This document shows positions 28,792-38,181 of a DNA stretch of 46,461 nt, one piece after another. Position numbers and translations under genes: made by a program. Within the stretch, counting starts at the first letter, position 1. Every line of letters begins with the position of its first letter. The notes under the pieces are model-generated. The model did no database searches, had not been told where the DNA came from, and saw only the letters and a program-made list of their open reading frames with translations. Location: sequence record DRR378314_1840; one strand, 5' to 3'.

Positions 28792-29982
28792 ATGATCTAT
28801 GTCTTTGCTGATTGCATTTTGGATACGACCCGTCACGAACTTCTCCGGGCGGATCAATCGATCAAGATTGAACCCCAGGTTTTTGCGCTCCTGCGTTTAA
28901 TGGTCAGCCGCGCCGGGGAACTTGTCACCAAGGACGACCTGATTGATGGGGTCTGGAAGTCCCTGAACATTTCCGACAGTGCGATTAGTGCGCGCATCAA
29001 CGCCGCCCGCAACGCCATTGGCGATACAAATAAATCCAGCCGAATGCTCCAGACGGTGCCGCGCCGCGGCTTTCGCTTTACCGTGCCTGTCACAACACGC
29101 ACCGACGGGGACACACCCTCCAACATACCCGCTGATGATCATCAGGTCATCGCTTATGCCCGATCTGATGATGGTCTCTCCATCGGCTACGCAAAATCGG
29201 GGCACGGCCCTCCTTTGCTCAAAGCAGGACACTGGCTTTCCCATCTGGAACTGGATTGGCACAGCGGGATCTGGCATCCCTTTCTGGCTCGCCTGGGCCA
29301 GCATTTCACGCTCTACCGATATGATCAGCGCGGAACCAGTTTTTCGGAAGGTGATATTCGCCGTTCCACACTGGAGGATTTTGTCACCGACCTTGAAGCT
29401 GTTGCAGATGCTGCGGGGTTGGACCGCTTTCCCATCTACGCGCCGTCCCAAGCGGCCCCTGTTGCCATCGAATTTGCCGCAAGATATCCGCAGAGGGTCA
29501 GCAAACTGATCCTACATGGTGGTTTTGCCATCGGACGACTGGTTCGGGAAAACGAAAAGGGTGACATGGACGAAGATGCCCTTCTCTCCCTCATCCGAAA
29601 CGGCTGGGGCAAACCCCAAAGCGCTTTCATAAAAGCCTTTTCGTCCCTGTTCATGCCGGATGCAACGACAGAGCAACTGGAAGAACTCGTCAAAATTCAG
29701 TTAGCGTCTGCAACTGCCGAAACGGCAATTCAACTGCGGCAAATCGTCGATCGCTTTGATGTTCGGGACCGGCTCGCCTCCCTGCAGGTTCCCACCTTGG
29801 TTATTCACGCCCGCTTTGACAGTGTGCAACCGATCGAGCAGGGAAAACTGCTGGCGAGCGAAATTCCCAACGCCCATTTCGTCATGCTGGACAGTGCCAA
29901 TCATATTCAGTTGCCCCAAACCCCGACGTGGGAGCAACTCAATCAGGAAATCATCCGGTTTCTAACCGACGACCAGGGCTGA
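28792..29982 (+). CDS. OmpR/CadC-type winged-helix regulator fused to an alpha/beta hydrolase domain
   Basis: IEPQVFALL, VTKDDLIDGVW and TVPRRGFRF (Trans_reg_C); HWLSHLE, RYDQRG, PSQAA and LDSANH (hydrolase fold). Confidence 0.9.
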   Translation: MIYVFADCILDTTRHELLRADQSIKIEPQVFALLRLMVSRAGELVTKDDLIDGVWKSLNISDSAISARINAARNAIGDTNKSSRMLQTVPRRGFRFTVPVTTRTDGDTPSNIPADDHQVIAYARSDDGLSIGYAKSGHGPPLLKAGHWLSHLELDWHSGIWHPFLARLGQHFTLYRYDQRGTSFSEGDIRRSTLEDFVTDLEAVADAAGLDRFPIYAPSQAAPVAIEFAARYPQRVSKLILHGGFAIGRLVRENEKGDMDEDALLSLIRNGWGKPQSAFIKAFSSLFMPDATTEQLEELVKIQLASATAETAIQLRQIVDRFDVRDRLASLQVPTLVIHARFDSVQPIEQGKLLASEIPNAHFVMLDSANHIQLPQTPTWEQLNQEIIRFLTDDQG

Positions 29983-30903
29983 TTATTTTCCCGCTTCGAA
30001 GGGTTTCATCGCCACATAGAATGCCTGATGCACCGGTGTGGGAACGCCATGTTTCTGGCCGCGCTTGACAATCTCCCCTGAAAACCAGCCAACTTCCAGC
30101 GGTTTGCCCGCTTCAAAATCGGTCAGCATGGACGATTGTGCGGAAGAGGCCATTCCGGCGGTCATTTTCACGGTGCTTTCAACCACATCCGCATCCAGGG
30201 TAATGCCCTCTGCTTTGGCAACGGCAACGGCTTCGGCAACCGCCTGCCGGAACAGATCCATGGCCCGCTCTTCAGATTGCAGATAGGCGACTTTCTGGCG
30301 CGTGGTCGCGGTGATCCCGGCAAAGCTGGCCAGAAAAACAAACTTCTTCCACAGGGACTGGCGGATCTTGGTGGTATAAAGGGTTTCAAACCCGGCCTTG
30401 CCGCACATCTCGTTAAAGGCATCCAGACGCGCTGACTTCTCGCCGTTCATCTCGCCAAAGGAAATACTGGCAAACTTCCCTTCATGGCGAATAACACCGG
30501 GACTTTCAATGGCAATCGGTGCATAGGCAATACCGCCCACCGCATTCTCAGGCCCATAAACCTCGGCGATCCGATCTTCGCTCCAGATCCCGTTTTGCAG
30601 GGAAATAATGGCTGTTTGTGGACCAACCATCGGCCGGATCTGCTCCAGCGCTGCGTCCACATCATATAATTTGACGGCAAGCAGCACCACATCCACCGGC
30701 CCGACGTCGCCTGGGTTATCCGTCACCTGAACCGGTGAAACCAAGCTATCCCCCAGAACGCTTTTCAATTCCAGCCCACGATCTTTCATGGCCTGCATAT
30801 GCGCCCCGCGGGCAATAAATGTCACATCCTCAGGAAACCGTCCAGCCAGTCGCCCGCCAAAATATCCGCCGATCCCGCCGGCGCCCATCACTGCAATTTT
30901 CAT
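29983..30903 (-). CDS. panE: 2-dehydropantoate 2-reductase (ketopantoate reductase family)
   Basis: GAGGIGG, LAVKLYD, SLQNG, LWKK and SSMLTD....KPLE. Confidence 0.88.
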   Translation of the reverse strand: MKIAVMGAGGIGGYFGGRLAGRFPEDVTFIARGAHMQAMKDRGLELKSVLGDSLVSPVQVTDNPGDVGPVDVVLLAVKLYDVDAALEQIRPMVGPQTAIISLQNGIWSEDRIAEVYGPENAVGGIAYAPIAIESPGVIRHEGKFASISFGEMNGEKSARLDAFNEMCGKAGFETLYTTKIRQSLWKKFVFLASFAGITATTRQKVAYLQSEERAMDLFRQAVAEAVAVAKAEGITLDADVVESTVKMTAGMASSAQSSMLTDFEAGKPLEVGWFSGEIVKRGQKHGVPTPVHQAFYVAMKPFEAGK

Positions 30904-31066
30904 TCTTTTTCTCCTTATCTGCAGAAACCTGTCCCCAAATTCTCGGAACAGCTATGGTGTTGCGCTTAACACTAACGATACTCGTCCTTTGTGCAAAGCC
31001 TAAGAAAGAACGTCGCCTGCGCGCAACTTCCCTCTGCACCACCCAAAACCCGCTCCTCAAACCGGA

Positions 31067-32839
31067 TTAGCTGGGATCAGTTGCGATCTTCAAAGGCATA
31101 TACTCAGCTATTGGGCGGTTTATTTTTTCTGTTTCCTCTTGCAGGGATCGCCAGGTGAAGGCCAAAGAGGCAATGGCAACCGACAAAATACCCAGCCAGT
31201 TATTGGGCTCGTATTTTAAATAGGAGGCGAAAATCATTTCCAATGTGATGGCAACAGCAGATATCAAAAGGATAATCGGTAAACATCCGATCGTCAGGCG
31301 GGCAATATTTTTGGCTATTCTGGCAAGCTGCTTTTTGGAAATCCGAACCGATGCAAAAAGCGACTGAGCCGCTTTTTTAGGCTCCGCCTCCTCGGGCTCC
31401 GCTCGCAACTCCAGAAAACCTCCCTGAAGTTTATGTCCGAACCACATGAAATAAGTCGGCAATATCAAGACCTCAACGATCAAGCAGATCAACAACAGGA
31501 AAAGCTCGATAATCGAGCCGGTGTCAAATTCCCAAAAGACGGTTGTCGGCTCCCGCTGATAGTCAGACCCTTTGGTGATCAGGTTGTCCATCGCCATGGC
31601 ATGAGAGAAAACCCCAGGCAAACGCCCATGCACTGGTGATTCAACAATATCACTGATCCCTGTCAGCCCCAGTCCGACAAACACATATTTCCCGCAGAGC
31701 ATCCGCTCCAGATGGGGATTGCCGATCTCGTCCTCATCGTTCAGGCAATAGTTGCCAATCTGATCACTCCATTTGCTATGGCTTTGGCTATACCGGTGCT
31801 CATACAATAATTCATAGGTTCCGATACTGCTATGAAAGGTACATAGCGCCTCGGGCTCCTCGGCCAGTTGCAAATCCTCATTATTGACGATGGCATCATA
31901 GGAATAGGTGAGAAGGCGCCCAAAAGGACTGCGCTGCAACCACCCTTGCGCCTCCTGGGTTTGCGCACATTCGCCTGCATATTTCTGTTCTGTATAGGGG
32001 GTAATAGTATCCCCCCATTCCAGGGATAGTGGTGCCTCAAACTGACCCAGTTCCAGTTTCCCGTCCGTATCCTTGGCCAGCCCCCGGCATTCCGCTGGAT
32101 TTTTCTGGCAGAACACTTCCAGCATCATGAAGGCAGGAGACAGTGTTTTTGCAAACTCCCTAGATCCTGCACAGGAATTCTCAGCGACCACAGGATAATA
32201 ACTGCCAAATTGATCACTTTTGAAAATGAACGGGCGATCATGTGCAAATGTCCGGAAAAACCCTTTTTCATCAATCGGCCGGGTGCATTTCGTTTCAGGT
32301 TTCGCGCGAACAGCGATCGCCCCCGGATCCGGGAAAAAAATGGGAACATAAGGAATCCGGTATTCCGGGTCCTGGGATAACTGTTGGGAGTCGCCCGCCT
32401 TATCGATGTTCCAGCGTAAAATGCCTTCGATCTCATCGCGTTTTTGAAGACGATCCTCACCTTCAAACAAAATAATATCAAAGAAAATCGCAGCTGGTTT
32501 ATAGACCAACAGGGCCTCAATCAATTTGGCATAGTCTGAATATCGCAAGGGATAGGTAAAACCGGCATAATCTTCAATCGGTGTGCGGTCCTGATCTCCA
32601 TCGACAGCCACTGCCTTGATTGAATTATTATCGATAACAACGACGGAGACTTCTGACTGACCTTTGGCCGGGTAGAAGGGCGATTTGATTCTCTCCAGAT
32701 ACTGAACGCTGCGCTCATCCGTCGCGTCCTTCAATCCAAACGGATCAACAAAACTACCCAACAAGGCGACTAAAAAGGCCAGAAAAGCTGCCTTAACTGC
32801 CCGTCTTTGCAGAAATTTTTTCCTCGCACCTTCACTCAT
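31067..32839 (-). CDS. CHASE2 domain membrane protein without a recognisable output domain
   Basis: VSVVVIDNNSI, YPLRYSDYAKLI..L....PAAIFFDI, GKYVFVG, DIVESPVHGRLPGVFSHAMAMDNL; one N-terminal and three C-terminal TM helices; tail of about 20 aa. Confidence 0.88.
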   Translation of the reverse strand: MSEGARKKFLQRRAVKAAFLAFLVALLGSFVDPFGLKDATDERSVQYLERIKSPFYPAKGQSEVSVVVIDNNSIKAVAVDGDQDRTPIEDYAGFTYPLRYSDYAKLIEALLVYKPAAIFFDIILFEGEDRLQKRDEIEGILRWNIDKAGDSQQLSQDPEYRIPYVPIFFPDPGAIAVRAKPETKCTRPIDEKGFFRTFAHDRPFIFKSDQFGSYYPVVAENSCAGSREFAKTLSPAFMMLEVFCQKNPAECRGLAKDTDGKLELGQFEAPLSLEWGDTITPYTEQKYAGECAQTQEAQGWLQRSPFGRLLTYSYDAIVNNEDLQLAEEPEALCTFHSSIGTYELLYEHRYSQSHSKWSDQIGNYCLNDEDEIGNPHLERMLCGKYVFVGLGLTGISDIVESPVHGRLPGVFSHAMAMDNLITKGSDYQREPTTVFWEFDTGSIIELFLLLICLIVEVLILPTYFMWFGHKLQGGFLELRAEPEEAEPKKAAQSLFASVRISKKQLARIAKNIARLTIGCLPIILLISAVAITLEMIFASYLKYEPNNWLGILSVAIASLAFTWRSLQEETEKINRPIAEYMPLKIATDPS

Positions 32840-32960
32840 TCGCCCCACCTCAAGCCAACCCAAAACACTTTAGGGTTGATTATAAAACATGATCCAACTC
32901 ATAATAACAATTACTGAATATACGTTTGGCAAATTTCAGTAATTAACCATGGGGGTGGTT

Positions 32961-33347
32961 ATGCTCTGCACAAAATATACGATTTCAACGAAATGCCTAC
33001 TGTTCATGTTTATACTGGCAATCGGGTTTACCGGCCAGTCTGCAGAGGCCGGCAGTGACGCCAGTGTTTTTGTGACCAAATTCCATGTCGGAATTGCGGA
33101 TCAATCCATCCCGGTGCGCGATGCCAACGGCAATTTAATCCGCAAGCTCAAAAAGCAAGACCTTCCAACCCCACCCGTTGCAATCGTCGAAGAAAACAAA
33201 CTCGGTCTTTTACATGTTGATCAAATTGGCTGGCTGGAAAAGCGATTTGTCACGATCGAACTTCCCAAAAGATCGGCAACCTGTCCAATTGGCGGTGACG
33301 ACAAAACCGCGGGCGGCAGCATTGGCAGCGGCGACAACTGTAAATAA
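32961..33347 (+). CDS. small secreted hypothetical protein with C-terminal Cys-Gly-rich loop
   Basis: Signal peptide (..QSAEA-GS); beta-rich core with a GW motif; ends CPIGGDDKTAGGSIGSGDNCK. Alternative start 32949. Confidence 0.8.
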   Translation: MLCTKYTISTKCLLFMFILAIGFTGQSAEAGSDASVFVTKFHVGIADQSIPVRDANGNLIRKLKKQDLPTPPVAIVEENKLGLLHVDQIGWLEKRFVTIELPKRSATCPIGGDDKTAGGSIGSGDNCK

Positions 33348-33374
33348 CATCCCAAAACATTCCGGAGCGTCCTT

Positions 33375-35150
33375 ATGAACAAAACTTCACGGCCCCTAAA
33401 AGCGGCATGCCTGTGCCTTGGTTTGATCGCCGCTGGTGGCATGTTACAAGGGTGCAAAACCGTATCGGCCTTGGTTGACGGTGACAGTGATGAGCACATT
33501 TATCAAGAGTTTGAAACCGAAACGATCCTCGCCAAGTATGAGGACGTCCGTGTCCCTCCCCTTAAGGGTGATTTCTTCGTCAGCCTTGTCGACAAGATAA
33601 AAGTCAAGGACCAGAACTCCCTGCAATATTTAAACTTCACGGCTGAAATCAAGCGCTATGAAAAACGGAAAAGCGATTACAGCCTCGGCCTCGCATCCCC
33701 GATTGAGGATTACAAGAAAGAGGCTAAACTTTCAAAAGAACAAGTCTTCGAAAGTCGCGGCTCGGCAGAGGTGCAAGCCTATATCGACAGCTTGATAAAC
33801 AAGATACTGGCCGTCTGGCCGAATGAAAAACCAGCGATCGAGTTTTCAACCATTCTGGTGAATGACGATACCTTCCTGATGAGGATTTCTAAGTTTGGCG
33901 TGATCAAAATCCCTATTCGGACCCTCAAGGAAGTGCAGTCTGAAGATGAACTGGTTGCGATTTTAGCCCATGAAATGTCGCACGCCTTCCTCAATCACCA
34001 TGACGCCGAACAGCGCCGTCTCTATGAAAACAAACGCAATACCATTGTGACGGCGATTATCCTCTCGCAGCTGCTCAAAGAAGATGCGCCGCTGGATGGA
34101 AACGAAGAAACGGCCGGGGTGCTGTTCAAATTACAACAATTGAATAATGAGTATCAAGCCGGAGATGGGTTTCATGAATGGAGACGGGAGCAAGAAATTC
34201 ACGCGGATTTGATGGCCATCGAAATTCTATCCCTCGCTGGTTACAAAAAGGACGCGGTCAAAGATTTCCTGACCACGCTTCGTTCTTTCGAAAGCAGACG
34301 CCAGGCCGCTGAAACCAGCGAATTTGCCCTGCAAACGGATGAGCAGCCGGATAAAATTAATCTTTGGGCTGAACTGGGCAAAGCCCTGAAAGAAGCGGAT
34401 GAGCAGATTGCCACCGCGATTACCGATGATGAAGATAGCGAGGATGCGCGGCACTATACCAAACTTTCTGGTGACGAAGATCACCCAACCGCTGAAGAGC
34501 GAGAGTTCAATGTGAGCGAATATTTCAATCGGCATCACACGGAATTTCAGGCGTTTGAAAAGACCATCGCCCCCCTTAAAAAAGCGCTTTACACTGGGGA
34601 AGGCCGATATGTGATCGCCAATTTCATTCTGATGGATGATGCCAAAAATGACCTCAAAAACGGGAACCCCGCTGCCGCCATTGAAAAAATCAACAAGGTG
34701 TTGAAAAGCCCACGGGATCCCAACGCCCAAGCGCGTATGATCATGTATCGGGCCCGCAAAGCCCAAGGTAATCAAAGTCTTGCCATCAAAAACCTGGAAA
34801 TCGCACTGAACAGCAGTTACGCCTCCAGAGAGACCTATAACAATCTGGTCGATGAATATATGGCGATCAATCACCATACGAAAGCCATCCGCACATGGCA
34901 GACGCTCATTCAACAAGACGAAAAACTGAAAGCCATGCAGGATCAGGAAAAATTCGGTCGCTTGGTGGAATTGCAAACCCGCGCAAAACGCTACAAAGAT
35001 GCCCAGCGAACCATCAACACCTGCGCCCAGCGCGGCGGAAGACCTCTGGCGCATTACTGCCATCAAGTCTTTACCCAGCACCATCCTGAGCATAAAGATC
35101 AGGATAAGGACGGGAAAAAACCGGTTGTCAGTCTCAAAAGCGCCAGTTAA
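33375..35150 (+). CDS. M48 family zinc metallopeptidase lipoprotein with TPR-like C-terminus
   Basis: Lipobox LQGC; EDELVAILAHEMSH (HExxH); QEIHAD...AGY; DHP..EER; helical repeats after about residue 420. Confidence 0.9.
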   Translation: MNKTSRPLKAACLCLGLIAAGGMLQGCKTVSALVDGDSDEHIYQEFETETILAKYEDVRVPPLKGDFFVSLVDKIKVKDQNSLQYLNFTAEIKRYEKRKSDYSLGLASPIEDYKKEAKLSKEQVFESRGSAEVQAYIDSLINKILAVWPNEKPAIEFSTILVNDDTFLMRISKFGVIKIPIRTLKEVQSEDELVAILAHEMSHAFLNHHDAEQRRLYENKRNTIVTAIILSQLLKEDAPLDGNEETAGVLFKLQQLNNEYQAGDGFHEWRREQEIHADLMAIEILSLAGYKKDAVKDFLTTLRSFESRRQAAETSEFALQTDEQPDKINLWAELGKALKEADEQIATAITDDEDSEDARHYTKLSGDEDHPTAEEREFNVSEYFNRHHTEFQAFEKTIAPLKKALYTGEGRYVIANFILMDDAKNDLKNGNPAAAIEKINKVLKSPRDPNAQARMIMYRARKAQGNQSLAIKNLEIALNSSYASRETYNNLVDEYMAINHHTKAIRTWQTLIQQDEKLKAMQDQEKFGRLVELQTRAKRYKDAQRTINTCAQRGGRPLAHYCHQVFTQHHPEHKDQDKDGKKPVVSLKSAS

Positions 35151-35192
35151 TCACGCGTTGCAAAGGCTGCGGTCACTCGCAGTCTTTTGGCC

Positions 35193-35801
35193 TTATCGCA
35201 AACGATCAAGCTGCCGATCATGAATTTTGCCGAGGAGCAATAAAGCCGCGATTGCACCGATGAGAGCGTAGAACATGTCCGATTGGGTGTCCCAGACATA
35301 ACCTTGGGTGCCCAGGAAGGCCTCCGCCGCTTCACCGGACAGTTCGGCGACCCACCATTCGATCAGCTCATAAAAGGCACTGAAGGCGAGACAGATACTG
35401 ACGATGATCACATTGCGCCACGCAGCGGTGGAGACAACCTCTAGACGGATCAGAATTTCCCGGGCAATTATCGCTGGAATAAAGCCCTGCGCCAGATGCC
35501 CGACTTTATCATAGTTATTGCGCTCAAACCCGAAAATCGGTTTGATCATGTCAAATAGCGGCACTTCCGCGTAGGTGTAATGACCGCCCACCATCAGGAT
35601 CACCGAATGCAGCAGGATCAGCCCATAGAGCAGCGACGTTAAGGGAAAACGGTTATAGGTTAGCGCCAGCAGCACCAGCCCGATCATCGCCGGAACCGTT
35701 TCCAGAAACCAGGTCATCTGGTCCTTTGGGTTTATGCCCGACCAGATCAGCACCGCAAAGAAAATCCCGAGCCACAGGCACATTCGAATTGAAATCGTCA
35801 T
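35193..35801 (-). CDS. DUF2238 (YjdF-like) membrane protein
   Basis: GGHYTYAEVP, RNNYDKVGH, AFYELIEW and FLGTQGYVWDTQSDM. Confidence 0.9.
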   Translation of the reverse strand: MTISIRMCLWLGIFFAVLIWSGINPKDQMTWFLETVPAMIGLVLLALTYNRFPLTSLLYGLILLHSVILMVGGHYTYAEVPLFDMIKPIFGFERNNYDKVGHLAQGFIPAIIAREILIRLEVVSTAAWRNVIIVSICLAFSAFYELIEWWVAELSGEAAEAFLGTQGYVWDTQSDMFYALIGAIAALLLLGKIHDRQLDRLR

Positions 35802-36415
35802 TGGCCGGTTAATGCCTCCACCCCATAGTCAGCGTGAACTTTGAGCTCGTCCGGTGTCGCACTAGAGCGCGCCCGGAGGCTTAATCCAAAACTCATATCC
35901 ACGATTACGCGCGCCAATTTTTTGATATCCACATCTTCCGGTAGTTCCCCCGCCGCCTGACCTTGTGCCAACCGCTTTGACAACGCTGCATCTGACTGTT
36001 CCAGGATCTTGTCAAACCGCCGAAGGAATTGAGGTTCCTTGGAAACTTCGCTGGGCAAAGTGCAGGCCACGATGCAGCCGCCCCGCTCGTCTGTGGTAAT
36101 CTCATCTATAAAGGTGTGAAAATAGGCTTTCAAATCCTCAGTCAAGCTTCCCTTAGAAAACAGGGCCTTCAGATAGCTGGCACCCGCCCGGCTCCAGTAT
36201 CGATCAATCGATCCATCATAAAGGGCCTGCTTATTACCAAACGCCCCATAAAGGCTCGGCTTATTTATACCTGTCGCGGTTGCCAGATCATCCATCGATG
36301 TGCCGCTATAGCCCTTCAAACGGAAAACCTCAAGGGCTGCATCCAGCACTTTCTCATCATCAAATTTTCGGGGGCGGCCGCGGCTTCGACCTTTCTGCTT
36401 CACATTGTCCATCAT
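35798..36415 (-). CDS. TetR/AcrR family regulator (ComR/NemR-like)
   Basis: GRPRKFD, GYSGTSMDDL...GINKPSLYGAFGNK, and the GGC motif. Confidence 0.93.
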   Translation of the reverse strand: MMDNVKQKGRSRGRPRKFDDEKVLDAALEVFRLKGYSGTSMDDLATATGINKPSLYGAFGNKQALYDGSIDRYWSRAGASYLKALFSKGSLTEDLKAYFHTFIDEITTDERGGCIVACTLPSEVSKEPQFLRRFDKILEQSDAALSKRLAQGQAAGELPEDVDIKKLARVIVDMSFGLSLRARSSATPDELKVHADYGVEALTGQ

Positions 36416-36483
36416 AGCGTCACTTTTTCAGAGAAACAGAAATCCGTCAATCGGATCAACTGCTAAATACCTCACCACCTTAT

Positions 36484-36547
36484 TTTTATACTAATTAGTA
36501 AAATAAACCTTGTCAGCTAATTTATTTTTGTTATAAACAGTACAAAA
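36484..36547. promoter_or_regulatory. two TetR operator-like inverted repeats
   Basis: TTTTATACTAATTAGTAAAATA (core palindrome TACTAATTAGTA) and TTTTGTTATAAACAGTACAAAA. Confidence 0.6.
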
Positions 36548-36565
36548 TTAAATTGGAGGAAAATT

Positions 36566-37216
36566 ATGAAACTGTATTTTGGTCCCATGGCCTGTTCTAT
36601 GGCTTCGCGTATCGCCTGCGTTGAAGCAGGCCTTGATGTCACCTATCAGGAAGTGAACCTGAGCTTGAGCCAAATCAGCGAGACTCAAACTCCCTTTATG
36701 CAAATCACCTCGAAACAGAAAGTTCCGGTTCTGGAATTGGATGACGGCCAGCGGCTCACAGAAAGCGCCGCCGTGCTTCAGTATATTGCGGATCATGGCC
36801 CCAACCGCACCCTGGCACCCCCACAGGGTGATGACGCCCGGTATCGCCTGCAAGAAATGCTCAGTTTTATTGGCTCCGAAATACACAAAGGCATTCTCTA
36901 CCCGTTGTTCCAGCCGGATACGCCCACAGAAATGAAGGTCCACATTCATGCCGAGGCCCCGATAATCTTGGATCAACTGGGTCAAATACTAGAGGGTAAA
37001 GACTGGGCTCTGGGAAATACGTTCACGATTGTGGATGCCTATCTCGCCTGGGCGCTGTATTTGATAAAACTTGCCAAAATTGACCTTCCCCCATCGCTAA
37101 AATCTTATGGCGCTGTTTTGCACAAACGTCCTTCGGTTGCCACCGCTTTTGCCACAGAAATGCAGCTTTGGCAGGCTCAGCAGGATCAAGCCGCCCCAGA
37201 AAGGACAGCCCCATGA
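36566..37216 (+). CDS. glutathione S-transferase (beta class)
   Basis: MKLYFGPMACS (Cys10), KVPVL, LTESAAVLQYIAD, SEIHKG and FTIVDAYL. Confidence 0.93.
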   Translation: MKLYFGPMACSMASRIACVEAGLDVTYQEVNLSLSQISETQTPFMQITSKQKVPVLELDDGQRLTESAAVLQYIADHGPNRTLAPPQGDDARYRLQEMLSFIGSEIHKGILYPLFQPDTPTEMKVHIHAEAPIILDQLGQILEGKDWALGNTFTIVDAYLAWALYLIKLAKIDLPPSLKSYGAVLHKRPSVATAFATEMQLWQAQQDQAAPERTAP

Positions 37217-37902
37217 AACTCTCCATCCTGATTTATGACGGATTTACGGCGCTGGATGCCATAGGCGGCTATGAAGTTCTCGCCCGCTTGCCCGGAATGG
37301 AGGTTGAATTTTTCTCTAAATCCCGGGATGTCATCGCTGCCGATACACGCAGCCTTGGCCTTCTCGCCTACAGGGACTTTGAGGAAGTAACCGAAACCGA
37401 CATCCTATACGTTCCAGGAGGTCCCGGTGGTTATCCTCTGGAGACAGACGAGAGCTGGCTTGACAAAATCCGCGACCTTGATGCAACCAGCATCTGGACC
37501 GTCGGGATCTGCAATGGCGTCGGACTTCTTGGGGCCGCGGGCCTTCTCAAAGGAAAGGAAGTCACTACCAACTGGTTCTATCAGGATTATCTCAAATCCT
37601 ATGGAGCGACTTTCAAACACGCCCGCTACTGGCAGGATGGCAAATATGTAACCGGCGCCGGGGTTTCCGCCAGTATCGATACGGGTCTATTTATGGCCAG
37701 TCTATTGGCGGGAGAGAAAACTGCCAAGATCCTGCAGCTTGGTATCGAGTATTACCCCGATCCGCCTTTTGTCGAAAAATCACCAGCAGAAGCCCCTGAT
37801 TATGCAAAGGCCAGCATCGCCAGTTTTGAGAAAGTAGGCGGACAGGAACAACTCAAGCTAAAACCCAACTTCAAGCCGCTCAAAGATCCCGCAATCGTCT
37901 GA
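37213..37902 (+). CDS. DJ-1/PfpI family protein (isonitrile hydratase-like)
   Basis: TALDAIG, YVPGG, ICNG, TGAGVSASID and QLGIEYYPDPPF; ATGA overlap with the GST stop. Confidence 0.88.
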   Translation: MKLSILIYDGFTALDAIGGYEVLARLPGMEVEFFSKSRDVIAADTRSLGLLAYRDFEEVTETDILYVPGGPGGYPLETDESWLDKIRDLDATSIWTVGICNGVGLLGAAGLLKGKEVTTNWFYQDYLKSYGATFKHARYWQDGKYVTGAGVSASIDTGLFMASLLAGEKTAKILQLGIEYYPDPPFVEKSPAEAPDYAKASIASFEKVGGQEQLKLKPNFKPLKDPAIV

Positions 37903-38181
37903 TTTTCGGCTGACTTCGCCAGTTTACTCGACCTCTCTTCAACGCTGTTAGTGTCATCATTTCAGCCTTGAAGAGAATTATTCTGCCACTCAACCTATAG
38001 TCAATCTGTTGCAGGCCAAACACATTTTCAATTTCACGATGGAAAGTCGGAAAAACAGTTATCGCCAACACAAACCAACACCTATAAGAGCATCACATGT
38101 CAAACCATAACAACCTCAAGTAATTTTCTTTAGTATTCTGAATAAACTTAAAGCACCTGCCAGCGCAACGCGAAAGACCGT

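Noticed and set aside
34227-35093. 288-aa minus-strand ORF
   Set aside because: Antisense to the M48 peptidase with no recognisable features; shadow ORF.
37880-38071. 63-aa minus-strand ORF in the DJ-1/DUF3291 gap
   Set aside because: No RBS or motif, and it overlaps the DJ-1 3' end; cannot be supported as a gene or pseudogene.
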